Positions 53,974 through 63,383 of a stretch of 64,000 nucleotides of DNA are shown in pieces (within the stretch, counting starts at the first letter, position 1; every line of letters begins with the position of its first letter). A program made the translations under genes and the position numbers. The notes under the pieces are model-generated. The model made no database searches. It saw only the letters and a list, made by a program, of their open reading frames with translations, and was not told the origin of the DNA. Source of the stretch: a virus (lineage: Duplodnaviria; Caudoviricetes); IMG/VR virus record IMGVR_UViG_3300025936_000002, positions 21,270 to 85,269 of that record; one strand, written 5' to 3'.

Positions 53974-54221
53974 GTTAGACCTTCTAGACCCCACATAAAG
54001 AGGTAGTTGCGGATGTCTGCGTCCGTGAAGGAGCCGCTTGGGTTAGCAAAGCCGTTGCAGTAGTGAGAAACAGGCCACTTGGCTCCAGGGCGAGCAAGTG
54101 GTGGCAGTGGGAGGCTACGACGGCAAAACATGCAGGTCACCACTCTCACCGCAATTTGCCTGGTTTTTGTTTCGGAGCACGAACCTGGGCCATCCGGGCA
54201 CCATCCCACGCGGCTAGCCAA
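53970..54221 (-). CDS. small Cys-containing protein
   Basis: CMFCRR...HYC. Confidence 0.4.
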   Translation of the reverse strand: MASRVGWCPDGPGSCSETKTRQIAVRVVTCMFCRRSLPLPPLARPGAKWPVSHYCNGFANPSGSFTDADIRNYLFMWGLEGLT

Positions 54222-54299
54222 CGCTTGGCTACGATACTGGTGCAGGAGTAACGCCTTTTCCCGTTGCGGTACTCTGGCACGATCGTATCAGCAATTAGA

Positions 54300-54776
54300 C
54301 TACAGCGTGCGGCAACCGTCTTTGACACTCTGGTCATTAATACTCTGGTCATCGATTTCTCCGCGTATGACAGATCGTTGATGCATCAATAGGCGCCCCA
54401 GCCAATTTTGGCCTACGCCGTTACAAACACCCCAGAATTGATCACCCCATGTATTGCCCTCAATGAGCCCTATATCCTTTGTGGCAAGTAATTGATTGGC
54501 CAATGGAGTGCCGACGGCGAATTTTTGTCGAATGAGGTCGAACATTACGTCGACTTTGACGGCCTCCCAATCTGCTCGAAGGGGGCATTGTTGCCCTAGA
54601 CGTCTAGCAGCACTCGGTTGACCTATCGTAACCATCCGCTGTCTGTATTCAGGATCTGAACATTTTGCCGCCTGGTAGGCGTGTTCAACGGTAGGGTACG
54701 TCATACCATCTAGTATCACCAGACTTGGATGGTAATTAGACAGCCAACGATATTTGCCACGGAAATCGTTGATCAT
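54300..54776 (-). CDS. NADAR (YbiA-like) protein
   Basis: FRGKYRWLSNY, YPTVEHAYQAAK, IEGNTWGDQFWG, GQNWLGRLLM. Confidence 0.92.
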   Translation of the reverse strand: MINDFRGKYRWLSNYHPSLVILDGMTYPTVEHAYQAAKCSDPEYRQRMVTIGQPSAARRLGQQCPLRADWEAVKVDVMFDLIRQKFAVGTPLANQLLATKDIGLIEGNTWGDQFWGVCNGVGQNWLGRLLMHQRSVIRGEIDDQSINDQSVKDGCRTL

Positions 54777-54991
54777 CGTCCTTCAGCTTCGAGGCGGCGC
54801 GCGGCCTCTAGATAGTTGTTTGCAGCCTTGTCCCGTAGACGCCGCGCGTCCAGGAACACCTTGGAGTCGAAGCCGACTCCAAGGCTCTCGGCGGCATCAG
54901 CAAGCGGCGTCGATGAGCGACCGACGAGATCAGCCGCCCCCTTGAGGATGTCTAGGATCACGTCTGCGTTGTTTCGCCTCTGTTTGCTCAC
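54773..54991 (-). CDS. hypothetical protein
   Basis: 72 aa; ATGA overlap. Confidence 0.55.
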   Translation of the reverse strand: MSKQRRNNADVILDILKGAADLVGRSSTPLADAAESLGVGFDSKVFLDARRLRDKAANNYLEAARRLEAEGR

Positions 54992-55124
54992 GGCCTGAAT
55001 GCCTTTCTAGCGCGGCAAAGGATGCTGCGCGCGATGTTCCTCGCTTCTAGCCATGCGATATATCCAACCACGATGCCAGTAACGAGGATGGTTCCTGGGA
55101 TGCTAGCGATGTCCTTACGTAGAT

Positions 55125-55319
55125 TCATTTGCCCTGAGTACGTAGACGATCGGCGATACGCATGATCTTATCGTAGACAATGTCGCGCTCTGACCGCGAG
55201 AGTCCAGCGGATTCGAGTGCCGCCTGTAGGTATTTGCCAGCGAGGCGCGCGGCGATAAGCGCCAATCCACTGCGGCGCTTGCGCGATACGGTTCCGTAGC
55301 ACGGGCAGACCTTGGTCAT
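55125..55319 (-). CDS. hypothetical protein
   Basis: MTKVCPCYG...; ATGA overlap. Confidence 0.5.
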   Translation of the reverse strand: MTKVCPCYGTVSRKRRSGLALIAARLAGKYLQAALESAGLSRSERDIVYDKIMRIADRLRTQGK

Positions 55320-55561
55320 GGCTTGAACCTCAGTGCACGGATCTTCGCGATCTGCTTCTCGAGTGACCTCAGCTTGGCGGTCCGCATCTCCTCGGCGCGC
55401 GTAATCGCATCGCCCTCGGTGCGGTGCCAATCCCCGGGCGGATACTGCGTGTGGTACTTACCTGTCGAGTACGCGTAGCGCTCCTTGATCGTGCAGTCAA
55501 CGCGCTGGATGCCCTGGGTCAGGGCGTACTTCGTCACCCACAGCGAGACCGGCTTGCTCAT
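55316..55561 (-). CDS. phage-type hypothetical protein
   Basis: WVTKYALTQGI...DWHRT..A...AEEMR..KL.SL.KQI.K. Confidence 0.65.
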   Translation of the reverse strand: MSKPVSLWVTKYALTQGIQRVDCTIKERYAYSTGKYHTQYPPGDWHRTEGDAITRAEEMRTAKLRSLEKQIAKIRALRFKP

Positions 55562-55576
55562 GCAGCCAACCTTAGA

Positions 55577-57169
55577 TCAGTGGGCTGTCAGGTCGCCCCC
55601 GCCGACTACTTCGAGGCTCGGATCGGAGCGGCGCCAGATGCGGAACGCCATGTGGCCGCCTAGGGTATGCCGCTCGATGCGAAAGGCTGCGTCGATGTGA
55701 GCCGTCCTGAGCTTGATCCCGAGCGTCCGTGGTGTCTCTTTCCAAGGTCGACCGCCGACCTCGGCTAGATGCTCTAGCTCGTTGGTAAGGTCGAAGACGC
55801 TGATCAACCGTCCTCGGTTCGATTGGACCTTGACTCGGCTGTTGTAGACGACCTTCAGCCACTCGCTCAACAGGTCGATCAACGGCTCGTCTTCGGTCAG
55901 GAACGCCACGCGGGCGGCTTGAAGGGCGGCCATGAGTGCTTCGACATCTTGATCGGTCCACCCCAGCACCCGTCCAACCACACGCCCGAACGACACAAAC
56001 GCGGCCATCCGGTAGGCGTGAGTCGTTAGGTCTAGATCGTCTTTTCGCAGCTCTTCGACGATACGTTCGACGTACCAAAGGTATTCGCCCAGTAGTTTGG
56101 ACCGCAGAGCCAAAATTTCAGCCTTGAGGACCGCCTCATCCTTGAAGGTCTTCCTTCGGTCGAAGCGTAGGATGATGGAGCGATCGATCACGTCATCACG
56201 GCGAAAGCTCGCCGGGTTGCGTGTGGTGAATGAGATGAACGATCGCGGTTTGGTGATGACGTTCTCATCATCGCTGTAGAGCTTTCGCTTCTCCCACTGC
56301 GCTCCGGTGGCGTAGGCGCAGAGCGCATCGGGCAACCACTCCACGTAACTATCTTGGTTGTCGAACAAGGCGATCGGATTACGTAGGAGGATCACACCGA
56401 AGTCGTCCTCCTTGTTCTTTCGCAGGCTGATCGGCTTGTCGCATCCGAATAAAATCAAGTGCAGCAAGACGATGACCGAAGTCTTGCCTGATCCAGCTTC
56501 GCCTTCGAGGAGGAGCATCGGCTTGGCCGGCAAGAGATCTGGGAACGCCACGGCGAACATCCAGATCGTCAAGGCCATCTGCTGTTGGGCGGGGGTGATA
56601 GTAGTCTTGTCGCCCTCGACGAAGCTGGGATTGGTCAAGATCGGCAAGAGCAGCCCATGGGGGCCGATCTCGGGTTCAATCGGGATGCCGCCGTCATCGT
56701 CGGCAAAGAACAGATCATCCGTGCCTTGAGGCTCACGCGTGATCTGCGCCTTCGATTCGATCTTGAAGATGAATCCGTCGTAGGCACTCAGGTAGGCCGT
56801 CTTGGTGGCTTGGTTGTAGGCCGCGAAGCGTCGTAGCTCGACCTGCTCGCCGCGGCTGAAAGCGTAGGCCCTGAGTGCATCGTAGATGAACCCGGACGCC
56901 TTTTCCCGCTCGCCCAAGCCGTAGGTGGTGTGGAAGTAGGAATGCCAGCGGTCCCCGCCGCGTCTAGGCAACTGGACGATCTGATGCGTGTCACCCAAGA
57001 CGGCGTAGAGCTGGTTATCCGGGATCGACCGTAGGAACAGCGTTCCGAGCTCCAGCTCGTTGGCCAAGATGTAGTTCCACAGCGCGATCCACCGATCGCG
57101 TTCTTTCATCTTGGTGTTGCGGATGATGCGCGCGGCGCATGCACGGCGTAAGGCAGCACTTGCGCTCAT
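55577..57169 (-). CDS. primase-associated SF3-like helicase/ATPase (no primase domain seen)
   Basis: LLLEGEAGSGKT, IALFDN, RKLYSD, FTTRN. Confidence 0.8.
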   Translation of the reverse strand: MSASAALRRACAARIIRNTKMKERDRWIALWNYILANELELGTLFLRSIPDNQLYAVLGDTHQIVQLPRRGGDRWHSYFHTTYGLGEREKASGFIYDALRAYAFSRGEQVELRRFAAYNQATKTAYLSAYDGFIFKIESKAQITREPQGTDDLFFADDDGGIPIEPEIGPHGLLLPILTNPSFVEGDKTTITPAQQQMALTIWMFAVAFPDLLPAKPMLLLEGEAGSGKTSVIVLLHLILFGCDKPISLRKNKEDDFGVILLRNPIALFDNQDSYVEWLPDALCAYATGAQWEKRKLYSDDENVITKPRSFISFTTRNPASFRRDDVIDRSIILRFDRRKTFKDEAVLKAEILALRSKLLGEYLWYVERIVEELRKDDLDLTTHAYRMAAFVSFGRVVGRVLGWTDQDVEALMAALQAARVAFLTEDEPLIDLLSEWLKVVYNSRVKVQSNRGRLISVFDLTNELEHLAEVGGRPWKETPRTLGIKLRTAHIDAAFRIERHTLGGHMAFRIWRRSDPSLEVVGGGDLTAH

Positions 57170-57220
57170 TTGCGGATGGAGGAGCGTATCCCGCTGCGGT
57201 GACAGCCCGCACCTTTATGG

Positions 57221-57451
57221 TTGGCGTCGATGTCCATCAACGTAGAGAAGTTGCGCGCGACGTTCGAAATGTACAAAGGCGATGTAGTCAGGGGCGGAGA
57301 TATAGGCGACATGATCCTTGTCCTCGGACAGCTCCTCGACGTGTACGAGGCTGCATGCGCCTGGCGCGACGCCGACGTACATCGAACGTACGAGCAGACG
57401 AATAACGAATTGGTTGCTGCCGTCGACGCCGCCCGCAAGGAGTCCCCATGA
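57221..57451 (+). CDS. hypothetical protein
   Basis: 76 aa; first gene of a plus-strand run. Confidence 0.55.
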   Translation: MASMSINVEKLRATFEMYKGDVVRGGDIGDMILVLGQLLDVYEAACAWRDADVHRTYEQTNNELVAAVDAARKESP

Positions 57452-57792
57452 CCGACGACGAGTTCGAGTTCCACGCCTGGCCACCGCGCCGTGTCGGCGG
57501 TCAGCACGCGGGACTGGTCGGCTACGGCGTGCTCGCGATCCACGTACGTACTGGATTGGCCGCGGTTGCCACCGATGGGCCAAGTCAGATGGTCAACCAA
57601 TCGATCGCCGTCGCGCGGCTGCAGGCGACGTTGGAGGTGCTACGAACTACTGGTCATTTTGCAGACGAGCACCGCAACCCAGATCACCGGCGCGAGATGT
57701 TGGAGATCGATGCACGCTCTCGGATGCTTGACGCCATCGATGAGGCGCGCTGCCAAGGGTTGGCGGGCGCGGGAAGCAAGGCGACGCCATGA
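57448..57792 (+). CDS. stand-alone class I release-factor GGQ (peptidyl-tRNA hydrolase) domain protein
   Basis: GGQH-x11-HxxTG-x6-DxxSQxxN in ungapped register with RF1 domain 3. Confidence 0.75.
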   Translation: MTDDEFEFHAWPPRRVGGQHAGLVGYGVLAIHVRTGLAAVATDGPSQMVNQSIAVARLQATLEVLRTTGHFADEHRNPDHRREMLEIDARSRMLDAIDEARCQGLAGAGSKATP

Positions 57793-58010
57793 ACGACGAG
57801 TTCCGCGCCGCCGCCTTCCACCTCACTCGTGCTGCCCATCACGACCAAGCTGACAGCAACCGTCGACAGGCCTACGTACTCGAGCAAGAGGCCATTACGG
57901 GTCGGCGATGGTGTACACGTTGCTTGAGGCTAGGGCATACGCGACTCGGGGAACGCGAGTGCGCGGAGCCGTGGGCGGCGGTGCCGATTGGCGCCGGAAA
58001 CAAGGAGTGA
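57789..58010 (+). CDS. small Zn-knuckle-like protein
   Basis: CTRCLRLGH..C. Confidence 0.5.
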   Translation: MNDEFRAAAFHLTRAAHHDQADSNRRQAYVLEQEAITGRRWCTRCLRLGHTRLGERECAEPWAAVPIGAGNKE

Positions 58011-58020
58011 TGAGCCTCAG

Positions 58021-59640
58021 ATGCAGATCGTTCTCCATCGCAAACGGCCCGGTTGGTTCAAGGTCCCCTTCGACGTGAGCCAACCGCTATGGGGCGTACC
58101 TGGATCCTACTTCGAGGATGGACTCATCATCGCCCACGGCTCTCATCTACCACTCCTTGATGTTGGGATAGCTACCAAGCATCTACCTCCGACTGGGGGT
58201 CTATCGACGGAATGGGCCAAGCGCGATGCGTCGTGTGAGGCTCAAGGCTTCAAGCTGCGTACGACTCAGCAGCAAGCTATTGACTTCGCGCTGCCCCGTC
58301 GAGGAATTCTGCTTTGTGACGAGCAACGGCTTGGCAAGACTGCTAGTGCGGTGATGATGGATCATGAGTGGCGGCTGCGTTGGACCGTTGCACAACAGGT
58401 ATTCTTGGGTGCCTGGCAGAGGCCTCAATTGCCTTACGGGCCTCTTGTCATCGTGGCGCCACTTTCAACTCGTGCTGTATGGCTAAGTTGGATTAAGCGT
58501 ATCTATCAAAATATAGAGATCGGCATCATCCAAGGCAAGACGTTTGACAAGACGATCTTGCAGCAACCGATCGTGTTTGGGCATTACGACATCATCCACA
58601 AGTGGATGTCATTGTTCGAGATCGGGACGTTGATCCTCGACGAGGTGCAGTTTCTCACCAACCCCGATTCGCGGCGAACCAAGGCGGCGAGGCTCCTCGC
58701 TGGGCGCGCCAAACACGTCGTTGCCTGCACTGGTACGCCGATCAACAAATTCCCGCCGGACATGTATGCTGTGTTGGATATGGTTGCCCCGGGCGCTTGG
58801 GGCTCCTACTACGAGTTTGCGCAACGCTACGGCAACCCTACACCCACGGCTCACGGTACCAGGTACGAAGGTATCTCCAACGAGACGGAACTGCGGGATA
58901 GGTTGAGCGAGGTAATGATCCGCCGCCTCTGGCGCGACGTGCACAAGGATCTGCCGCCCATCACTCGCTCGATCGTCGTTGCTGATTTGACTAAGGTTGA
59001 GCGCAACAAGCTCGACATTTTGGCTGGCAAGATCAAGGCTGAGCGCTCGAACGTCGCAGCAAACCTCGCTAGCTACCGACGGACGGTCTCGAGTATCAAG
59101 CTGTCGACGGTCTTGGCTGAGGTTGAAAAAGTTGTAGAACGCGGTGAGCCGGTCGTGGTTTGGACCTGGCACAAAGACTTCGCCGAAAAGATCCTGAAGA
59201 AGCTAAGCGATAAAGGGATCGTCGGCTGTTTGATCAATGGCGACATCGCGATCCTCGAGCGCGAGAAACGCATGGCTGAATGGCGTGCGAGGTCGAACGC
59301 AGTTCTGATCGCGACGATGGCCGTTGCAGGGGCCGGCATCGATCTCTCTCATGCTCGGATCGCCGTGTTTGCCGAGATCGACTACACGCCCGCTATCCTC
59401 GGCCAAGCCGAGATGCGTACGTTCAGCCCGTTACGGGCGATGGACGTCTTGTTCGTGGTCGCCAACCACTTGGTTGACCAACGTATCGTCCGCTCGTTGG
59501 TCGGCAAGCTCTCAGCCTCCGATCCGTTGGGTGTCGCTGCTGCCATCGACGCCATCGATGCTCTGCGTGACGCCGTCTTGGGCCCCGATGAAGAGGGCGA
59601 TCTCGATCGCTTGCTCGAGGATCTGCTGGCTTCTTGTTAG
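58021..59640 (+). CDS. SNF2-family helicase
   Basis: LLCDEQRLGKT, VIVAP, ILDEVQ, CTGTP, GAGIDLS, QAEMRT. Confidence 0.92.
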   Translation: MQIVLHRKRPGWFKVPFDVSQPLWGVPGSYFEDGLIIAHGSHLPLLDVGIATKHLPPTGGLSTEWAKRDASCEAQGFKLRTTQQQAIDFALPRRGILLCDEQRLGKTASAVMMDHEWRLRWTVAQQVFLGAWQRPQLPYGPLVIVAPLSTRAVWLSWIKRIYQNIEIGIIQGKTFDKTILQQPIVFGHYDIIHKWMSLFEIGTLILDEVQFLTNPDSRRTKAARLLAGRAKHVVACTGTPINKFPPDMYAVLDMVAPGAWGSYYEFAQRYGNPTPTAHGTRYEGISNETELRDRLSEVMIRRLWRDVHKDLPPITRSIVVADLTKVERNKLDILAGKIKAERSNVAANLASYRRTVSSIKLSTVLAEVEKVVERGEPVVVWTWHKDFAEKILKKLSDKGIVGCLINGDIAILEREKRMAEWRARSNAVLIATMAVAGAGIDLSHARIAVFAEIDYTPAILGQAEMRTFSPLRAMDVLFVVANHLVDQRIVRSLVGKLSASDPLGVAAAIDAIDALRDAVLGPDEEGDLDRLLEDLLASC

Positions 59641-59709
59641 CCTGTCAGATACTGCACGAACAAGAGGCTATTCAAGCACGACACATGGATGGCGTAGGAT
59701 CAGAGAGTA

Positions 59710-60120
59710 ATGATTCTCCAAGCAACGGTTCCTAATACCTACGCCTCGGCTAAGGCGTCGATGGCATGTTGGCGAGGTCGACCAACCAAGCCCTCTGGCG
59801 ATCCATCCAACGATAATTTGGACGTAGGCAACTCGCTCATTTGCGAGTGCGGCAATCGGCGGCTCAAAACCAAGCTATGTTGCGCTACGTGCGAGGCGCT
59901 CGACTCGGGCCAAGACACCGAGGAGCTAGATCGTGCTGTCTTGGCCGTCTTCGATGACGGCGAGGAGCTGTCTAGAAACGCCATCGTCGAGGCCCTGGCC
60001 TACCAGTACGCCGGCCACATGGTCTACCGCTCGCTCCTACGTTCGATCTCCGCGGGCAAGGTGGCTCGCCACTGCCTTCAACGTAACGAGGGCTTTCTAT
60101 ACCGTCGGGTTGAGCCGTGA
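59710..60120 (+). CDS. Zn-ribbon plus winged-helix protein
   Basis: CECG..CATC; LSRNAIVEAL..VYRSLLRSI..GKV. Confidence 0.55.
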   Translation: MILQATVPNTYASAKASMACWRGRPTKPSGDPSNDNLDVGNSLICECGNRRLKTKLCCATCEALDSGQDTEELDRAVLAVFDDGEELSRNAIVEALAYQYAGHMVYRSLLRSISAGKVARHCLQRNEGFLYRRVEP

Positions 60121-60362
60121 ACGGTCATTGCGAGAGATGTGGTAAACCTATAATCATTCCTTACGGAGATAGGATGCCGTGGATATGTGATGCCTGCGGC
60201 ACACGCGGTGATCGAGAAACTGAAGCTGAATGGCGGGCTTCGCGCGCAAAAGATCGCGCCACTCGTCATATGTCAACAGGCGACCAACAGGCGACCACAG
60301 ATAAGTTCGAGGCGAGGCACGTGAAGAGGGCGAAGTGCATGCGTACAAAGGGGCGGAAATGA
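60117..60362 (+). CDS. small Zn-ribbon protein
   Basis: CERCG..CDACG. Confidence 0.55.
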   Translation: MNGHCERCGKPIIIPYGDRMPWICDACGTRGDRETEAEWRASRAKDRATRHMSTGDQQATTDKFEARHVKRAKCMRTKGRK

Positions 60363-61429
60363 ATTTCGATCGTGATCGTTGTCTCCTCTGCGGTGTCGTC
60401 CTAGAGCCAGGACCGCACCCGCAACTCCAAAGGCACCCCAAGAGCGATGATTGCAACGTGATCTACACCGACTCGTGGGGTGTGTCGCTCACCGATGATC
60501 AGGTGGCGGCGATCTCGACTTTGCTCCCCGATGACGACGGAGCTCTAGCCCAGCCGATCAGCGAGATGAGCTTGTTTGACGTCTACCCACCGGTTGAAGC
60601 CGTCTTGGAGCAGCTGTTCAAGGATTTTGGGGTTCCTAGGCTAGGTGGGCAGTCTACAGGCAAAGGCTGGTCTAGCTACGCCACGGCGCAGAGATGTCTC
60701 TACCTCTTCAACAAGCGCTACGTTGAGAAGATTCAACCTGATCTCGTGATGGAGGGCGAAGCCTTGGCCGTAGGTACGGTGATCCACGTCCTCCTTGCTC
60801 TGCATTACGCCGGTATGATGGGCCAAGGAGCTTTGGGCTACATGACCCCTGAGGTTTGCCATCGCTACCTCCTCGATCGGGCCAATCCAACCTTCGTCAA
60901 CGAAGGCTGGCGAGTCTTCCAAGCCTATAAACTGTATTACCTACATGACGGCTTGGAGCCGCTCGCTATCGAGTATGACCTGAAGGATCCGAGGACGAAT
61001 CAGTCTTGCCGCTACGACTTGATCGCCTTCTTCCCCAAGAACCTACCCGGCCGCCCAGGTGGAACCTACTTGATCGAGCACAAGAGCTCAGGGCGATTCG
61101 ACTGGGATACCCTCGATGGCTGGGCCAACGATGGCGAGGTCATCGGCGAGGCCGCCTTGTGGCTGCGTTTGGGGCTAGATAAGCGCTTTGGCAGGCTTCA
61201 AGGCGTCATCGTCAATATTTTGGGCAAACAGAAGGAGCCCAAGTTTCATCGTACGGTGGTTTCCCCTTTGAGCCTCTTGGTTGACTCCCACTTCGACGAT
61301 CTGCGCCGCTGGGACGGCTTGCTATCCCTGTGTAGATCGAGCGGCAACTGGCCCCGCTCACGAGCCAACTGCATCAATCGTTGGGGGCGCTGCGACTGGT
61401 GGGATCATTGCACAACAGGAGCGAAGTAA
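60359..61429 (+). CDS. PD-(D/E)xK nuclease (RecB/Cas4-like)
   Basis: GWSSYATAQRC, GTVIH, RYDLI, LIEHKS, C-terminal C..C..C. Confidence 0.85.
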   Translation: MNFDRDRCLLCGVVLEPGPHPQLQRHPKSDDCNVIYTDSWGVSLTDDQVAAISTLLPDDDGALAQPISEMSLFDVYPPVEAVLEQLFKDFGVPRLGGQSTGKGWSSYATAQRCLYLFNKRYVEKIQPDLVMEGEALAVGTVIHVLLALHYAGMMGQGALGYMTPEVCHRYLLDRANPTFVNEGWRVFQAYKLYYLHDGLEPLAIEYDLKDPRTNQSCRYDLIAFFPKNLPGRPGGTYLIEHKSSGRFDWDTLDGWANDGEVIGEAALWLRLGLDKRFGRLQGVIVNILGKQKEPKFHRTVVSPLSLLVDSHFDDLRRWDGLLSLCRSSGNWPRSRANCINRWGRCDWWDHCTTGAK

Positions 61430-61432
61430 AAA

Positions 61433-61636
61433 ATGGAGAACTTGATCAAAGCGCTACAGATTTTCCTCAAATACGGCAATCCTAACTATCCGACGCATTG
61501 CGCGTACGATGTGCTGTATATCAAGATCGATCCAAGTCTAGTCTCTGCAGAAGACAAAGCGGCATTAGTGCTCCTTGGCTTCAACGAGGATGAAGACTTT
61601 AATTGCTTCAGCTCTTATCGCTACGGGTCGGCATGA
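61433..61636 (+). CDS. phage-type hypothetical protein
   Basis: LIKALQIFLKYGNPNYPTHC. Confidence 0.65.
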   Translation: MENLIKALQIFLKYGNPNYPTHCAYDVLYIKIDPSLVSAEDKAALVLLGFNEDEDFNCFSSYRYGSA

Positions 61637-61644
61637 GGTGGTGA

Positions 61645-61851
61645 ATGTATAACTATCTTGATTTGGTAGCTGAGTTGCTGCTTGCTCGTGCGCACGCGGG
61701 CGGCTCACTTAGCTCTCTTGAGGAAGCCAGCTACGTAGAGGAGTTGGATCGCCGCTGGTGGGCAATGACAACCATCGAGCAAGATATAGCTGAGCGCATC
61801 CTCAAAGCGACGTTGAATCCACGATCGGAGCGAAATGATGTTGGTGGATAG
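61645..61851 (+). CDS. hypothetical protein
   Basis: 68 aa; SD GAGGTG. Confidence 0.55.
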   Translation: MYNYLDLVAELLLARAHAGGSLSSLEEASYVEELDRRWWAMTTIEQDIAERILKATLNPRSERNDVGG

Positions 61852-62122
61852 CATTCACGTAACACCGAAAGGTGTTGCGTTGATCATACCGAAGCCAATA
61901 ACGGCTGAGGTCGGAGATGTCTTGGAAGCCATCAACGTTGATGGATCACAGGCGACCTTACAGGTCTTGGCAGTAGAGCCGCATGTGTTTCGAGACTGCC
62001 TCAGTGCCATCAAACGGCCAGAAGCAGGGGGCCTCTTGGTAAGGGTCGATAGAGGCCAAATAACTATCGGCGCTACCTTGCGGCCAGGGGCGACTTCAAA
62101 GCCGATGAAGCCGAGGAGCTAA
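61835..62122 (+). CDS. hypothetical protein
   Basis: 95-aa ORF. Confidence 0.5.
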   Translation: MMLVDSIHVTPKGVALIIPKPITAEVGDVLEAINVDGSQATLQVLAVEPHVFRDCLSAIKRPEAGGLLVRVDRGQITIGATLRPGATSKPMKPRS

Positions 62123-62125
62123 ACG

Positions 62126-62416
62126 ATGAGGAAAAAGGACGAACTCTCACGAGAACATACTTGTATGCAGCATGCACATCCCGAAGAAATGGTGTTCGTG
62201 TTGTTGAGTCGAGATGCTGCGGCTCCGGTAGCCATACGCGCATGGGTCGACGAGCGGTTACGGCTTGGCAAGAACGTTGCGACCGATGCTCAAATCGTCG
62301 AGGCGTTGGAATGCGCTGCGGTCATGGAGGTGGAGGGCCGCCTCTGGATTGGCCCACATCCCGGGGTGACGCTAGCTGAAGCGGAGCGTCGATACAAGGA
62401 GCATTTGGACGAGTGA
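62126..62416 (+). CDS. phage-type hypothetical protein
   Basis: EMVFVLLSRDAAAPVAIRAW. Confidence 0.65.
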   Translation: MRKKDELSREHTCMQHAHPEEMVFVLLSRDAAAPVAIRAWVDERLRLGKNVATDAQIVEALECAAVMEVEGRLWIGPHPGVTLAEAERRYKEHLDE

Positions 62417-62471
62417 CCAGCTATGATCGCGTTAACTTGGCTTTGCCCCGCGCGAAGTCTCATACCCGAGT

Positions 62472-63383
62472 TTGGCGGAGTTCAAAACGGCTAAAATAAG
62501 GTACAGGAAGACCAACTTCCGTAAGGAAGCGCTGAATCGTATTGATGTGATCAATGAGATTCTAGCTGAGTACGGTAGCGGCGATAAGCTATCGGCGAGG
62601 CAGGTGTACTACCGCCTCGTTGCGGGGCTACACATCGAGAATACTGTACGTAGCTACAAGAATCTAACGAACCTTTTGACGGACGCGCGATATGCGGGTC
62701 TCATCGATTGGGACGTCATTGAAGATCGTGGACGAGAGCCGACGATTTGGGCGGAGTACGATTCCATTCGAGAAACGGTCGATCGGGCCATGTTTGGCTT
62801 TCGGCTTCCGCGCTGGCGAAACCAGCCAAAGTACGTCGAGCTTTGGGTCGAGAAGCAGGCGCTAGCTGGAGTTCTAGAGCCGATCGCAGCCGAATCGCAC
62901 GTGACGCTACTCGTCAATAAAGGCTACTCGTCGGCGTCAGCGATGAAAGAAGCCGCCGATCGCTTGATTTGGCGTGCCAGCTACGGCGCCGACGAATTGG
63001 ACGAGGAGCGTGAGGTCATCGTCTTGTACCTAGGCGATCACGATCCAAGTGGCGAGGATATGGTACGTGATATCCGCGTGCGGCTTGAAGAATTCGGCGT
63101 CGAGCGGCTTGAGGTGCGCAAGGTTGCGTTGACCTTGGAGCAGGTGGAGCAGTTCAACCTCCCACCGAACCCGGCGAAGACTATCGATTCACGCTCGCCA
63201 GGATACATCGCCGAACACGGCGATAGCTCCTGGGAGCTCGACGCCATTCCACCCCGTGATTTCACGCGGATCGTCAGGAATGCCTTGAAGGCCGTGACGA
63301 ATCAAAAGTTGATGAATCAAGTCATAGCCGAGGAGGAACGCCAAAAGCTAATCCTCGGCGCAGTGCTCAAGAAGATCAAATGA
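62472..63383 (+). CDS. TOPRIM protein of topoisomerase VI-A/Spo11-like type
   Basis: ARQVYYRL; VELWVEKQAL; KGYSS; LYLGDHDPSG; WELDA. Confidence 0.85.
   Translation: MAEFKTAKIRYRKTNFRKEALNRIDVINEILAEYGSGDKLSARQVYYRLVAGLHIENTVRSYKNLTNLLTDARYAGLIDWDVIEDRGREPTIWAEYDSIRETVDRAMFGFRLPRWRNQPKYVELWVEKQALAGVLEPIAAESHVTLLVNKGYSSASAMKEAADRLIWRASYGADELDEEREVIVLYLGDHDPSGEDMVRDIRVRLEEFGVERLEVRKVALTLEQVEQFNLPPNPAKTIDSRSPGYIAEHGDSSWELDAIPPRDFTRIVRNALKAVTNQKLMNQVIAEEERQKLILGAVLKKIK

Noticed and set aside
33332-61429. CRISPR-Cas (short repeats plus a Cas4-like gene)
   Set aside because: The repeats are two-copy, in-frame and spacerless; there is no cas1/cas2; Cas4-like nucleases are common in phages.
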